The notes under the pieces are model-generated. The model was not told the origin of the DNA and did not search any database. It worked only from the letters and a program-made list of their open reading frames with translations. Shown here piece after piece: positions 23,268-35,693 of a stretch of 64,000 bases of DNA (its first letter is position 1; every line of letters starts with the position of its first letter). The position numbers and the translations under genes are program-made. Source of the stretch: Selaginella moellendorffii (taxonomy: Eukaryota; Plantae; Lycopodiophyta); contig NW_003314265.1 in assembly GCF_000143415.4 (NCBI RefSeq), positions 1,446,446 to 1,510,445 on the forward strand. The letters run 5' to 3'.

Positions 23268-23537
23268 TGCTTCCGTCCAAAGGCAAATCCAAATCCCTGC
23301 TCGGTCCGGCCCCGAATGCGACTAAATTTCTAAGCGAAGCATTGCTGCCTCGATTCTCCTGGAAAATCCTTGCTACGCTGGGCTAGCAACAACGAATCGA
23401 GCTTCTGCTGCCGAGACACCGAGACATACCGCTCAATCCCTGGACATACCCCGCGGCATTCGCATTGGAGCGCAATGCGAGATCGTGCCTCCGACCCCTG
23501 GCGCCGCCGCCTTCGCCTTCGCATCCGTGCTGAGCGA

Positions 23538-23549
23538 GCTAGGGTTTTG
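23538..23549 (-). promoter_or_regulatory. Telo-box-like motif (AAACCCTAG) in the shared divergent promoter/5' region of the U-box gene and PGRL1
   Basis: CTAGGGTTTT on the + strand within the ~520-bp head-to-head spacer. Confidence 0.4.
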
Positions 23550-23786
23550 AAATAATCTTCGTTCGCGCAAGCTAGTGTGCGCTGGATCCGCGTTGGTCCA
23601 GCTATAGAATATACTATTCCTTCTCATCCCTGCCGTTGGGCACTGGACGGCTCGATTGGTAAGGCAAATACTTAAAGATCTTCTATCCAAGCCGTTCACG
23701 TTTCGGACGGCCTGGATGGTGTTGCTCAAGATTTTGATGCTGCTTCCTGTGGTAGCCAGTGTGTTTGAATCCTAGGGCTCGTGGGA

Positions 23787-25273
23787 ATGGCTCTGTGCCT
23801 CAAGATTGGAGCTTCTTCTTCCACTCTCCAAAGGGCCGGATTGCTACATCGATCGACGCAGGCAAGCTCGTTTGTAGCGCACTCTCACCTTAGAAATGGC
23901 CAATCCCGCTCAAGGAATGCGAGAATTGTGATGAACGCGTCTGAGAATCAAAGTAAATCTAGAATTTTTGTACCACGCCTCGTTAACTTGTCATTTCTAG
24001 CAGCTGTTGATCAAGAGGAGCTGAGTGACAACAAGATTCTGCCGTACTGTAGCATTGACAAGAAGAAGGATAAGAAATCGGTTGGAGAGCTCGAGCAGGA
24101 ATTTTTACAGGCGCTTCAGGTGGTTTTAAGTTGCGATGAATGCGCGTGTAACACTTTTGGTTGCAGTCGTTTTACTACGACAAGAAACCTATGATGACCA
24201 ACGAAGAGTTCGACAATCTAAAGGAAGAGCTGCTTTGGGAAGGCAGTAACGTGGTGATTCTGAGTAAGTAAATCCATACTGGAACTTTCGCAGGCGAAAA
24301 AAATCTAGGAGTTTTTTATTTCAGGTCCTGACGAGCAGAGATTTATGGAGGCATCGTTAGCATATGCAGCGGGAAAGCGTCTCATGTCCGATGAAGAGTA
24401 TGATCGACTCAAACTAAAGCTTAAGGTACTTCTCTCTAGTTTTGAGCTTTGAACTGAGAGCAATTGCTGGCAGAAATCAAATAGCAAAGTGGCAATCGAA
24501 GGTCCAAGGTGTAGTTTAAGAAGTAAAAAGGTAATGCAAAGATTCGGTCCATCGCTGCAATGTTTTATCTATTTTCTTTGACAGGTCTATAGCGATTGTA
24601 CTGTAGACTATTTGAAGATGACACTCCTGAACTTACCAGCAGTCCTTATCTCCCTCCTTGTGTAAGCTTGAATTACTTTCTTCTGCTCAAACTTGTTTTT
24701 GTGTAGTGTGTTCTTTTTAGATGACTTAACGGGATTTGAGATAACATATCTTCTTGAGGTGAAGTTGATGCTGTTAATTCTCTTACTTCCTCTCATCCAT
24801 CACACTCTCTTTGTATAGTTGCCAGAACCATATGGCTTTATTTTTACCTGGTCTGTGGTGCTACCGGCTACATTTTTTGCTGCAAGATTTATCACCAACC
24901 TGGTTTTCAAGGACGCTCTTATATTGAAGGTCTGTAACTTATGATTTTCATTATAGAGATAATGTTTTCCATCACAGGGTCCTTGTGCAAATTGTGGAAG
25001 TGAAACAAACTCCTACTTTGGAACAATACTAGGTGTTGCGAGTGGTGGCTCAACCAATGATGTAAAATGTGAACAGTGAGTGCTTTGAAGAGGTTGTTCG
25101 CTACTGTTAACAAGGTTCGTACAGGTGTAAGGCTCTCCTAAAATTTGATTCGGAAACACGTCTTATAACCCTTGAAAAACTTCCAGGAATCAAGGTAACA
25201 ATGCAAGTTTGTCTTTTCGATGTTTTTAAATTTTCTAGTTGCATTACAGGACAACCGAAAGATGGCCATTTAA
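23787..25273 (+). CDS. PGRL1: PGR5-like photosynthetic phenotype 1 (thylakoid cyclic electron flow), multi-exon
   Basis: Transit-peptide-like N-terminus; ILPYCSIDKK, EQEFLQALQSFYY, NEEFDNLKEELLWEGS, EGPRCSLRSKKVYSD, FFLDDLTGFEITYLLELPEP and GPCANCG recovered across ~50-nt GT-AG introns. Confidence 0.95.
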
Positions 25274-25384
25274 TCTACCTGTTAATTTTAAATTAATCAA
25301 CAATTTTAACTTTTTATGTAGCACTTGAGATGTGTCAGTGCTAAAGCCCTCTGCGTTTACCATTTAGTAATGATTTGTTTGGCC

Positions 25385-25847
25385 ATGAATGCAAAAGCAT
25401 TAGCTAGAATGCAGAAGGTGATAATTTTGGTTTTCACTTTGTCAACATCACTTGAGGTATATATGTTATTGGATTAAGGCTATATTTTTTCTCCCTTCCT
25501 TACTCTAGTTTTCTTTTCTTTGTTTTTATTTTTAGGCTTGTGGTGGGTATTCTCAAACATGTAGTAATTCTTCAGTCAATTTTGCTGGTGTTCTATGGTC
25601 ATTTTGTGCTCCATCAAAGTGGTTGTACAGTAATTTGCCTTTGGATACTAAGCTAGGGAATGATAATGGCAAGCTTGTTCTTGGTAGAGATTTCTGGAAA
25701 ACATGCAATCAATTCTTGGTGGATTCCAAAGGGATGCTCTTTGGAGTTTGTAAAAATAGGACAAACCAGGATACTTCTACAGTATTTCCCTTGGATAACT
25801 TTGTCACAAATGAGGATGGTTCTTTAAAATTTTGCTATATTATGTGA
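25385..25847 (+). CDS. Secreted cyanovirin-N homologue (CVNH) lectin, ~127 aa, 2 exons (25385-25456, 25536-25847)
   Basis: Signal-peptide-like exon 1 followed by ACGGYSQTCSNSSV..LWSFC..SNLPLDTKLGNDNGKL..DFWKTCNQ..LFGVCKNR..STVFPLDNFVTNEDGSLKFC, matching the two-repeat pattern of cyanovirin-N. Confidence 0.85.
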
Positions 25848-27018
25848 ATTTTTTGAAGCATTTTATTTGAATAAATGAGAAGTGGATGAAAATACATTAG
25901 CTTTTAAGATGATAAGCTTACCAATCTGAAATATATCTTTGCAAATATATAGAGATTCATTTGACCATCTGGATCTGGAGTGGTTCTCTCCCTTTCATTG
26001 GTTTAATTCTCACTAAATCAGTTAGAGATACTTTTTCTATCTCAATCCCACTACCTATTCTTGAGTAGTTTCAACATTTATCAATATAACCATTCCTCTT
26101 TGGAACTTTTATTTTTTACTTCTTGAAGTTAATTTCCTAGGTGTCTCCGACATTTTTCATTGCACATATTGTGCAAACTCTACTTCCCCATTCTAGGAAG
26201 TTCTTTCCTTGAGGGCACTTTTCTATTTCATGCCATATTTGGCATTAAGTTCTAGTTATCATAAGTTGTGCTAAGGTTATTTATGGCTCTATCATTTGGC
26301 TACTTTGCCATTCCCTCCTTTGGAGCTTTCACTTTTGCCAAATTGGAACATTTGGGAATCCATCCTTGGAAATACACTTTCTTTCTTGCAATCCATTAGC
26401 ATCTAACACATTAGTGTTCCTCACTTAATTTTGCTATTTAGGTTCCTTCTAATGAATTTCATGGCTCATATTTGGCCATTAGTCTTTTTCTCTTATTTGT
26501 TAATTATTGCACCAAACAACATAGGATCACTACCTCCATTCTCGAGGTATAATTTTGGTTCCATGGCAAAGGCTCTATTTTGCCAAGTCCAGATGGTGCT
26601 CACCCCTAATAGGTCTCCTTAACATCAAGCTCCATTGACAACCCAACTTTGCGACCCTCTTATGGGTCTTTCTTAGATGCTACTTTCTTGGACTTATTAT
26701 ACCATCGTATTGGCACAATTGATTTCCCTTTAAGTGTCCTTCCCATTTGGTCACCTTGACCAAACCACACTATTATCAATAGTTCAAATCAACACTTTGA
26801 ACTATGAACATTATTCTTTAACTTCATAAAGACTTTATCCTTGTTTAGCCATAAGATCACCTAGTGATCTTCCCTTAATAAGTTTGCCAATAAGTACCAA
26901 ATTTTCCAGACTTTTAACTTGTTAACCATGACCCCGGGAGCATCCTCCATATTTAGTGGTGCACCCAAGCTAGCCCTTCCAACCAAGGGTCCATAGCAAT
27001 TGAGAATGGGTGTCCCCA

Positions 27019-27949
27019 TGTAGCACACGTGGTTTTGACCCTTTATCCTATGGTGATTTACCATAGGATAACACCACGAAGCAGAACCTAAACCCTCTTT
27101 GTGCCACGTGACAGATGCCACATGTCACATGCCACGTGTCCATGCCACGTGTCCATAAGAACCCGAGGTTCAGGGCCTTGGGCCACTAAACGAAGGAACA
27201 GTGCCAAACTCCCAAGCATAGAGCCGAGGAGTGACAGAAGCGAACCACGGAGCAACTCCCAAGCATAAAGCCCAAGGAGCGTAGGGACAGGAGCCCGGAG
27301 TGACTTGGAACAGTCCTGGAGCAACCAACATCCCAATGCCAGGACCAGCACACAAAACGGAGCCAAATGGAGCCTGGCGCTATTTCGGCATATCGGTGGT
27401 CTAACGTGAGGATATGGGTACTCCACCAACTAGCATGGAATGGAACTTGGGCTTAGACCCAAGCCGGACGCAGAACAAGGACAGGCACGCAAGCAGGAGC
27501 TAGACTATGCCTCAGGTTGGTCAGCCATGCCCGACCTACCCACTATCCCTACTATACATTTGGAACCCCCCACAGCCCCCCCCCCCTTGAGGAACACACG
27601 CTTTGGGCTTTCACCCCAAGCCTCCCTTAGTATCAAGAGTTATCATGTAGCGATATTGAGGGACCAATCTCAATACGCGAGGGTTCTTGTCAAGCCAGTG
27701 CAAGATAGAGCAAAAGAGAACTAACAAGCCGGGCCAAGTATGCTCAGCTAAATAGACACTTACGAATTCCTTCCTTATGCTCATCCGGCCAAGTACAGAT
27801 GCAAAGTCCAATTTACTAACACTTGAACAAGAGGGACTGATAAAGGGAACTAGTAGTACCGACCTCCTGCCATCGTGGCAGTAAGGTAAGAGTGTCCGTA
27901 AGGACTGGTCGACAGGTAACTTTCGATACCCAAAGTTACATTCGCGACA
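27019..27949. mobile_element. Solo LTR (931 bp) of a third LTR family inserted in N2
   Basis: TGTAGC...GCGACA termini; perfect 5-bp TSD CCCCA (27014-27018 and 27950-27954); host sequence rejoins across it. Confidence 0.88.
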
Positions 27950-30900
27950 CCCCATCTCATTCACCACATCCTTGGTGCCACTTGCACCAAAGTGTTCAAG
28001 TTAAATATGTCAAGCCATATTAAACAATCTAACCGTGCATCACGACTCTGGGGCATCCCCCGCTTGATAGTGTGCCGAAGTCAGTCTCCTCCTTGAGAGT
28101 CTATGACTATCTAAAAATGAGTGTCCTTATATTCCAAACCATCACCACGCCATAGTGAGTTGGGACTTGAACCCACGCACTAAAGGGTTGGGACTCGAAC
28201 CCAGCCTCCGTATATGCATCTACAAACGGCATTACCCATGATGCCTAGCGTGACTCCCTACACCGATGCACTAACTTATACTTAAAAGCACACTACGAAT
28301 CACAGTTTAGGAACCTAGTTCCTCCATATTGCCAAGTCTTCTCACTTAACAAGTTTATGATCATGTATAAACTCCTTCATGCTTGGCCTTATAAGCCACC
28401 CCTTTTGAAGTCAACACCTTCAATTAGGGCATTTGTTCCCCCTGACTCGCCAATCTCACTTAGCAAGTCAGTCGACCACTGTAAAATGATTTATGCATAA
28501 GCGTGAAAATCCTTAACCATCGACTTTCGTTCAAAGCTATCCCTTTAAACACTCGGGAACTAGTTCCCCAACCTTGATAGTTTTACCTTATAGCAAGCTT
28601 CAAAACCACACTTCTGCTATGCCACTATGATTTTGCGCGTTTTATGAAGCATTTACATTTACCTTTCTAAGTACTAAGCTACCTAGAATTGTCTTTGGGA
28701 ACCTTGAAGGAACTCTATCCCTTAACTTGCCAAGTTCTTTCCTTTCGCAAGCTTTCTAATTGCTATATGGTCTAACATGGATAGTTCCATATTTTAGACT
28801 TTCCATGGTATTATGATTGCTAATAACAACACGTAAAAGCACCCACTTGATTCTCCACTCCCAACTTGCATAACCACCCTTGGTTACGCCCCTTTAATTC
28901 CTACGGTTTAGTTCTATCCCTTCACTACTTGTTTTTTGGCCTCATACGTTTCTTTCCTCTAGCCTAGAAGGATAGCTTTGCACTTTCTACCATACTCTAG
29001 CAAGTATTCTTAGGGATGAATTTGTAAATGATGCTAGACTTCTCATAAGTGATCTCCACTTCCAAGAGCATCAATCCCTCCTTCCAAAGCTTGATTGCCA
29101 TCCCAAAGGGAGTAATTCCTCCATCTGGGTATGCTCACCTTATAATCCCACACACCGGGATTAACGTTGCTACTTATGGGCTTTTTATATACCCATCACT
29201 AGCCTTGCCAAAATCTTTTTTTTGGCTTTGTCTAATTCGAATAAATGAACTTCTTTCATATCCACAACTTTGGACGTTTGGATAACACCTTCTATCCATC
29301 ATTTGTTAGAGACTTAATCCCTTAGGCATTAATGCCCTTATAACATTAAACACCACTTCCTGGTGTTTTAGAGTGTTTAAATGTCCCAATGATGGCCTTC
29401 TTTGGCAATAAACATTCCTTTTACAATATTGACTTACTATATCACAACATAAGCAATTTATCCCCCTATAAAGGTTTGTCTAGCTTTTTTATCTTAATAA
29501 AAAGTCTTGGGTAGTTACTTTCTACCATTTTAATAAATTATTTTGCACATTTTGCTTAGTTGCCTCATAGTTGTCAAATCTTACAACTCATTGTTGGTGC
29601 TTCCATACTTTCATCATTATTTGGGTCACCACACTTTAACCGCATGCTTTCCAACTTAAGTTATGCCATTCCTATTTCTATTAGGATTCCTTTGGGAAAG
29701 GGTTCTCATGAACCCGTCAAATTAACCTCAAGGCATTATGCCTTGGCACATTCGGTGTCTCTACACTATCGGCTCCACGAGCTTACCTTTATAACACTTC
29801 TTATTTGTGTTTAAGTCTTTGCCAAGACCAATACAATTGTTTCTCATGCCAACTATCCGTTAGCACTACACTATATAGTTTATACACAACTTTGTGTCAA
29901 AATTGTTTTCTTTTGGGAACCTATTTCCCACAACTTTAATATGGCACATTCTACCATCAATGAGATACCCATTGTTCTTATAATTGGATCTTATGATCCT
30001 CCCCTTCCTCCATGGGGCACCACACACGTCGGTCCAAATGCTTCTATTAATCCCTTATGACCATTTCTTGACTCTACTTGAGTTATCCAACTTTTTGAAC
30101 TTTGCTAATCCGATGACCTATAGGGTCCTACTTTTAAGGTGTTAGCTCACTGAAATACATTTCTTGTTTTCACGTCCTACTCATAAGGACCATCTTTGCA
30201 AGTGTTACTCTAACACTTGATTATTTTCCATTCTTTATAGGCAACCTTTGCCCCTTAGGATTATTTGTTCATATGATGGGAATACCAACTCATCCTCTAA
30301 ATACACCTCTAACTCCTTAGGTTGTTCCAGCATATATTGAAGGTAACCCTGGCTACTATTTCAAGGACTTGTGTCATCTTCCGCATTTAACATCTTATAG
30401 TCATTAATTCTGGTCTCAAATTCATGAGCATCAACCTCAATTATATGAGGATAATCTTGTGACTTCTTTATTATTTTAGAGTCTCTATCTTTCCCGTAAT
30501 CCCAACTATAGTTATTTACCACAACTACATTAGCCAATTTGCTGAGTCAAATGCTCATCTGGATCACATCCTCAACTCTCAGAGGAAAACTTTATACTAA
30601 TCCCAAAGTCGTTCCCTTATTAGCCTTTTTTTATCCACCACCTTTTTGTAAGCGACTAAATTTTTCCATTCTACTTTAGTCACTTAACCGCACCTCCAAC
30701 CACTTGGAAGAGTCTCATTCACAACCTCCATAAATCCCACTCAGGACTTGGGGCTTGCTAGCCCCGAGAATGGCATCCATGCCACTCAACCTTTGCACTT
30801 GGTCCAAGTGCTCCATGTATCCGGTCCCATGACCGACACCCCAAGGTACCACCGACATATCAGCCTGTTACGCTAAGGCCATGCCCATTCACCTTGGTCA

Positions 30901-33900
30901 CATCGGTGGTCTGACACTACCCACATTACAATCCCGTCTCTCAAAGACTAGGCCATCCATCCATGAGTGGCTATCCCAGATCCACTCCATAGCATCCTTA
31001 GGATGCCTGCAGACATGGGGAATAACCTTCCCCAATGTCTCCTTTCCGATCCCCACCAAGTCCCTTCCTATCCATGGCCGTATTCACCAACACTGCCACT
31101 GGATCAAGGCCCACAGGCCCAACCACTAAGTCCAACTGTCCTCTAGAACTTCCTCACTGTGTGACTGTGTCTCTGGTCACCACACTAGAGGGCTACTCCT
31201 CTTCCTTTCCACAGTCTGGGACTTTGGGGCAACATTTCGAAACACCGTGGCCCTACGTGGGCTTCGTGGGTACTCTCCTCGCCTTCTGCCTTTGGGTGCT
31301 CTAGCCAGGGGCTTAGAGCGAGGTTCCGTTGAGCCACACCAAGTATCCAAGTAGGTAGTACCACCCACACTTGGATTGGGAGCATCGGCCAGTCGATCTC
31401 TCGGGGGAACTAGAGCCGGCTCTTGAACACTTCACCAACCTACCCCGCTGGTCGGTCCGTGTTCACTCTAGTCTTGGACTTCCTAGTGGGCAGCTCATCA
31501 CCCAACACTAGGTCCGGCCTTTTTGGGCCAAACTGGCTCCACTACAATCCTCCCCCTACTATACTTTTGGAGCTCACCAAACCCCCCAGGGTCTGGGAGA
31601 CGAACGCTTTGGGCTTTCACCCTCTTAGACTCGAACTCGGACTCGGACTCGGACTCAGACTAGGACTCGGACTCGGGCTCAGTCTCGGCCTCGGCCTCGG
31701 CCTCGGTCTCGGTCTCGGTCCCGGTCCCGGTCTCGGTCTCAGTCTCGGTCCCGGTCTCGGTCTCGGTCTTGGTCTCGACTTTGGACTCCATCTCGGGTCC
31801 ATCTCGGACTCCATCTCGGACTCCATCTCAGACTCCATCTTGGGTCCATCTCGGACTCCATCTCAGACTCCATCTCAGACTCCATCTCGGACTCCATCTC
31901 CGGTCCATCTTGGACTCCACCTCGGGTCCATCTTGGACTCCATCTCGGGTCCATCTCAGATCCATCTCGGACTCCATCTCAAATCCATCTCAGACTCCAT
32001 CTCGGGTCCATCTCGGACTCCATCTCGGACTCCATCTTAGGTCCATTTCAGGTCCATCTCGGACTCCATCTCGGGTCCGTCTCAGACTCAATCTCGGATC
32101 CATCTCGGGTCCACCTCAGACTCCATATTGGGGTCCTTCTCGGACTCCACTTCGGACTCCAACTTGGGTCCATCTCGGGTCCATCTCGAACACTTCCACA
32201 TGTCATGTGTTGGTCCTTTTAGGTCCCTTTTTGGAGCCTCGTTTATTGCTCGCTTCGTGCTCATTCCTTGAGCACCTCGTTGGGAGTTCCACTCCCACTC
32301 TCAACCTTTTCAAGTCGGAGCTTTTAGTCCAAACGTGTTACGCTCGTTTGGCTTTCACTTCGGCCGCTACCACGTGGCACCCTTTCGGCTCCACTTTGGG
32401 GCCTAGGGATTTTGTGTCTCACAACTCCACCACCCATAGACGAAGTTCAATGTCCTTATCGAACAATAAACTATTTTATAAAGTAATACCAACTTGTATT
32501 ACCGTTTCCATCCTTGGCCCCTCGCCAATATTCGTCGATGGTTTGATATTGAAAGCTCACCATGCCTTCCCCATCCTCTAAGGAGTGTAGTCTCTCCAAC
32601 TTAGAGACTGATTGGACCACTTGTGGTGGTTCTCTCCTTTTTACTAGTTTAGTTTTCACTAAACTTGTTAGAGACACCTTCTCTAACTCAATCCTACTAT
32701 TCATTCTCGAGTGGTCTCACTTTCCATCGATATAACCCTTGCACTTTGGAACCTTTTAATTTTGACTTCTTAGAGTCAATTTCCTAGGTGTCTCCGACAC
32801 TTTACGTTGCATATGGTGTAACTCCACTTCCCGTCCTAGGAAGTTCTTTATTTGAGGGCACCATCATCTTCTCTTCGATATCGTGCCACTCTTGGCACTA
32901 AGTTCTAGCTATCGTAATTCGTGCTAACGTTGTCTATAGCCATATCATTTGGCTACTTTACCACTCCATCCCTTGGAGTTTCCCCCTTTGCCAAATTGGA
33001 GCAATTGGGAACTTATCCTTGGAAACCATTGCTTTCCAATAATCCGTTAGCATCCACCACACTAGTGTTCCATGTCTAACTTTGCCATTTGGATTCCTTC
33101 CAATGAACTCCATAGCCCACACTTGGCCACTAGTCTTTTGCTTTTATCCATTGATTGTTGCACTGAGCAACATAGGATCACTACCTCCATTCTCGATGTA
33201 TCCTTTTGGTTCCATGGCAAAGGCTTTACTTTACTAAGTCCAGCGGGTGCTCACCTTAGTAGGTCTCTTTAGCAATTTTTGCTCCGGGCTTCATCCACGG
33301 CCCAACTTTGCGACCCTTCCATGGGTCTCTCCCTGAGACTACTTTCTTGGACTTACTATACCATTGTATTGGCACAATTGATTTCCCTTTAGGTGTCCTT
33401 CTCACTTGGTCACCTCGACCAAGTCACACCATTATCAATAGTTCAAATCAACACTTTGAACTAGGAATCATATTCCTTAACCTAAACAAAGACCTTGTCT
33501 TTGTTTAGCCACAAGATCACCTGGTGATCTCCTTTTGACCCCTTAACAGGTCTACCAATAGGAACTAGGTCTTCCAGACCCTTTTAAATTGTTAATTATG
33601 ACCCTGGGGGCATCCCCCACACTTGGCGGTGCACCCAAGCCAGCCCTTTTGGCCAAGGATCCATAGCAACTAAGACTAAGTGTCCCCATCTCATTCATCA
33701 CATCTTTGGTTCCATTTGCACCAAAGTGTTCAAGTTAGATATGCCGAGCTTTCACTCTAAACAATCTAACCGTGCATCACGACTCCAAGGCATCCCTCGC
33801 TTGGTGGTGTGCCCAAATCAGTCTCCCCACTGAGAGTCCATGACCACCGAAATATGAGTGTCCTCATATTCCAAACCATCACCACGCCCTAGTGAGTTGG

Positions 33901-35693
33901 GACTCGAACCCAAGCACTAGAGGGTCGGGACTCGAACCCAACCTCTATATATGCATCTACGGACGGCATCACATAGGATGCCTGGCGTGACTCCCCACGC
34001 CGATGCACCAACTTATACTTAAAGCGCGCTACAGATGACAGCTTAGGAACGTAGTTCCTCCGCACTACCAAGTCCTCTCACTTGACATGTCTATGATCAT
34101 GCATGGACTCCTCCATGCTCGGCCCCATGGGCCACCCCTTTTGAAGTTAGCACGTTCAACTAGGGGATTTGCTCCCCCCGACTTGCCAATCTCACTTAGC
34201 AAGTCATTCGGCCACCGTAACATAGTTCATGCATAAGCATAAAAGTCCTTAACCATCGACTTTCGTTCAAAGCTATCTCTTTGAACACTCGGGAACTACT
34301 TCCCCAATCTTGATAGCCTCTCCTCATGGCAAGCTTCAAGACCACACTTCTGCTGTGCCATTTTGATTTCGCGCGTTCTATGAACCATTTACACTTGGCT
34401 GACTAGGTACTTATCTACCTAGGGGAACGTTCAAGGAACTCTGTTCCTTGGTTTGCTAAGGCCTCTCCTTTCGCAAGCTTGCCAATTACCATATAGTCTA
34501 ACATGGACAATCCCATGCTTTAGACTCTCCATGGCATCCCAGTCGCTAGTAATAACATGCTTGAGCACTCACTTGATTCTCCACTCCCAACTTCCATAAC
34601 CACCCTTGGTCATATCTGTCAATTCCTATGGTTCGGTTCTATCCCTATACTACTTGCCTTTTGGCCTTATACATTTCCTTCGATTATTCTCTTCCAGACT
34701 AGGAAGATAGCTTTACACTTTCTACTATGCCTTGGCAAGTATTCATAGGGATGAACCTACCCGATAGCCTAGGGAGTGGTTCCTCAGTCTGGGTTTACTC
34801 ACTTTGTAATCCCACACACTAGGATTACTGTTGCTACTTATGGACCTTTATATGCCCATCACTAGCTTTGCCAAAATCCCTCTTTGGCTTTGTCCAATTT
34901 GGGTATACGGACTTCTCCTGTCTCCACAACCTTGGACATTTGGATAGCACCTCTTATCCTTCATTCGCTAGGGACTTTGTCCCTTGGGCATTATCCATTG
35001 CCCTCATGACACCAAATACCCCCTTCTGGTGTTTTAGAGTGTTTGGGTGTCCCAATGATGGCCTCTCTGACGATAAGCATTCCCTTTTTTACATTGACTT
35101 ACTATGTCGCAACATAAGCACTTTATCCCTTATAAGGGTATATCGAACTTCCTTATCCTAATAAGAAGTCTTAGGTAGTTGCCTTCTATCAGTTTATGAA
35201 TTATTTTGCACCTTTTACTTAGTTGCCTCATAATTGTCAAGTCCTACAACTCATTGCTGGTGCTTCCACACCTCCATCATTATCTGGGTCACCACACTGT
35301 AACCGCATGCCTTCCAACTTAGGGTATGCTATTCCCATTTCCATTGGGATTCCTTTGGAAGGGGTTCTCATGAACCCACCAACTTGACCTCAAGGCAGCA
35401 CGCCTTGGCACCTTCGGTGTCTCCACACCATTGGCTTCACAAGCCTACCTTTATGACACTTCTTACTTGTGTCCAGGTATTTTTGCCAAGACCAATATGG
35501 TTAATCTCTCAGGCGAATTATCCATTGGCATTGCACCATAGAGTTCATGCACAACTTTGTGTCAAAGTTGTTTTCTTCCAGGAAACTCTTTCCCACAACT
35601 TTAGCATGGCACCTTCTGCCATCAATGAGATACATACTGCTCTCATACTTGGATCTCAACATCCTCCCCATCCTTTGTGGGACACCACACACC

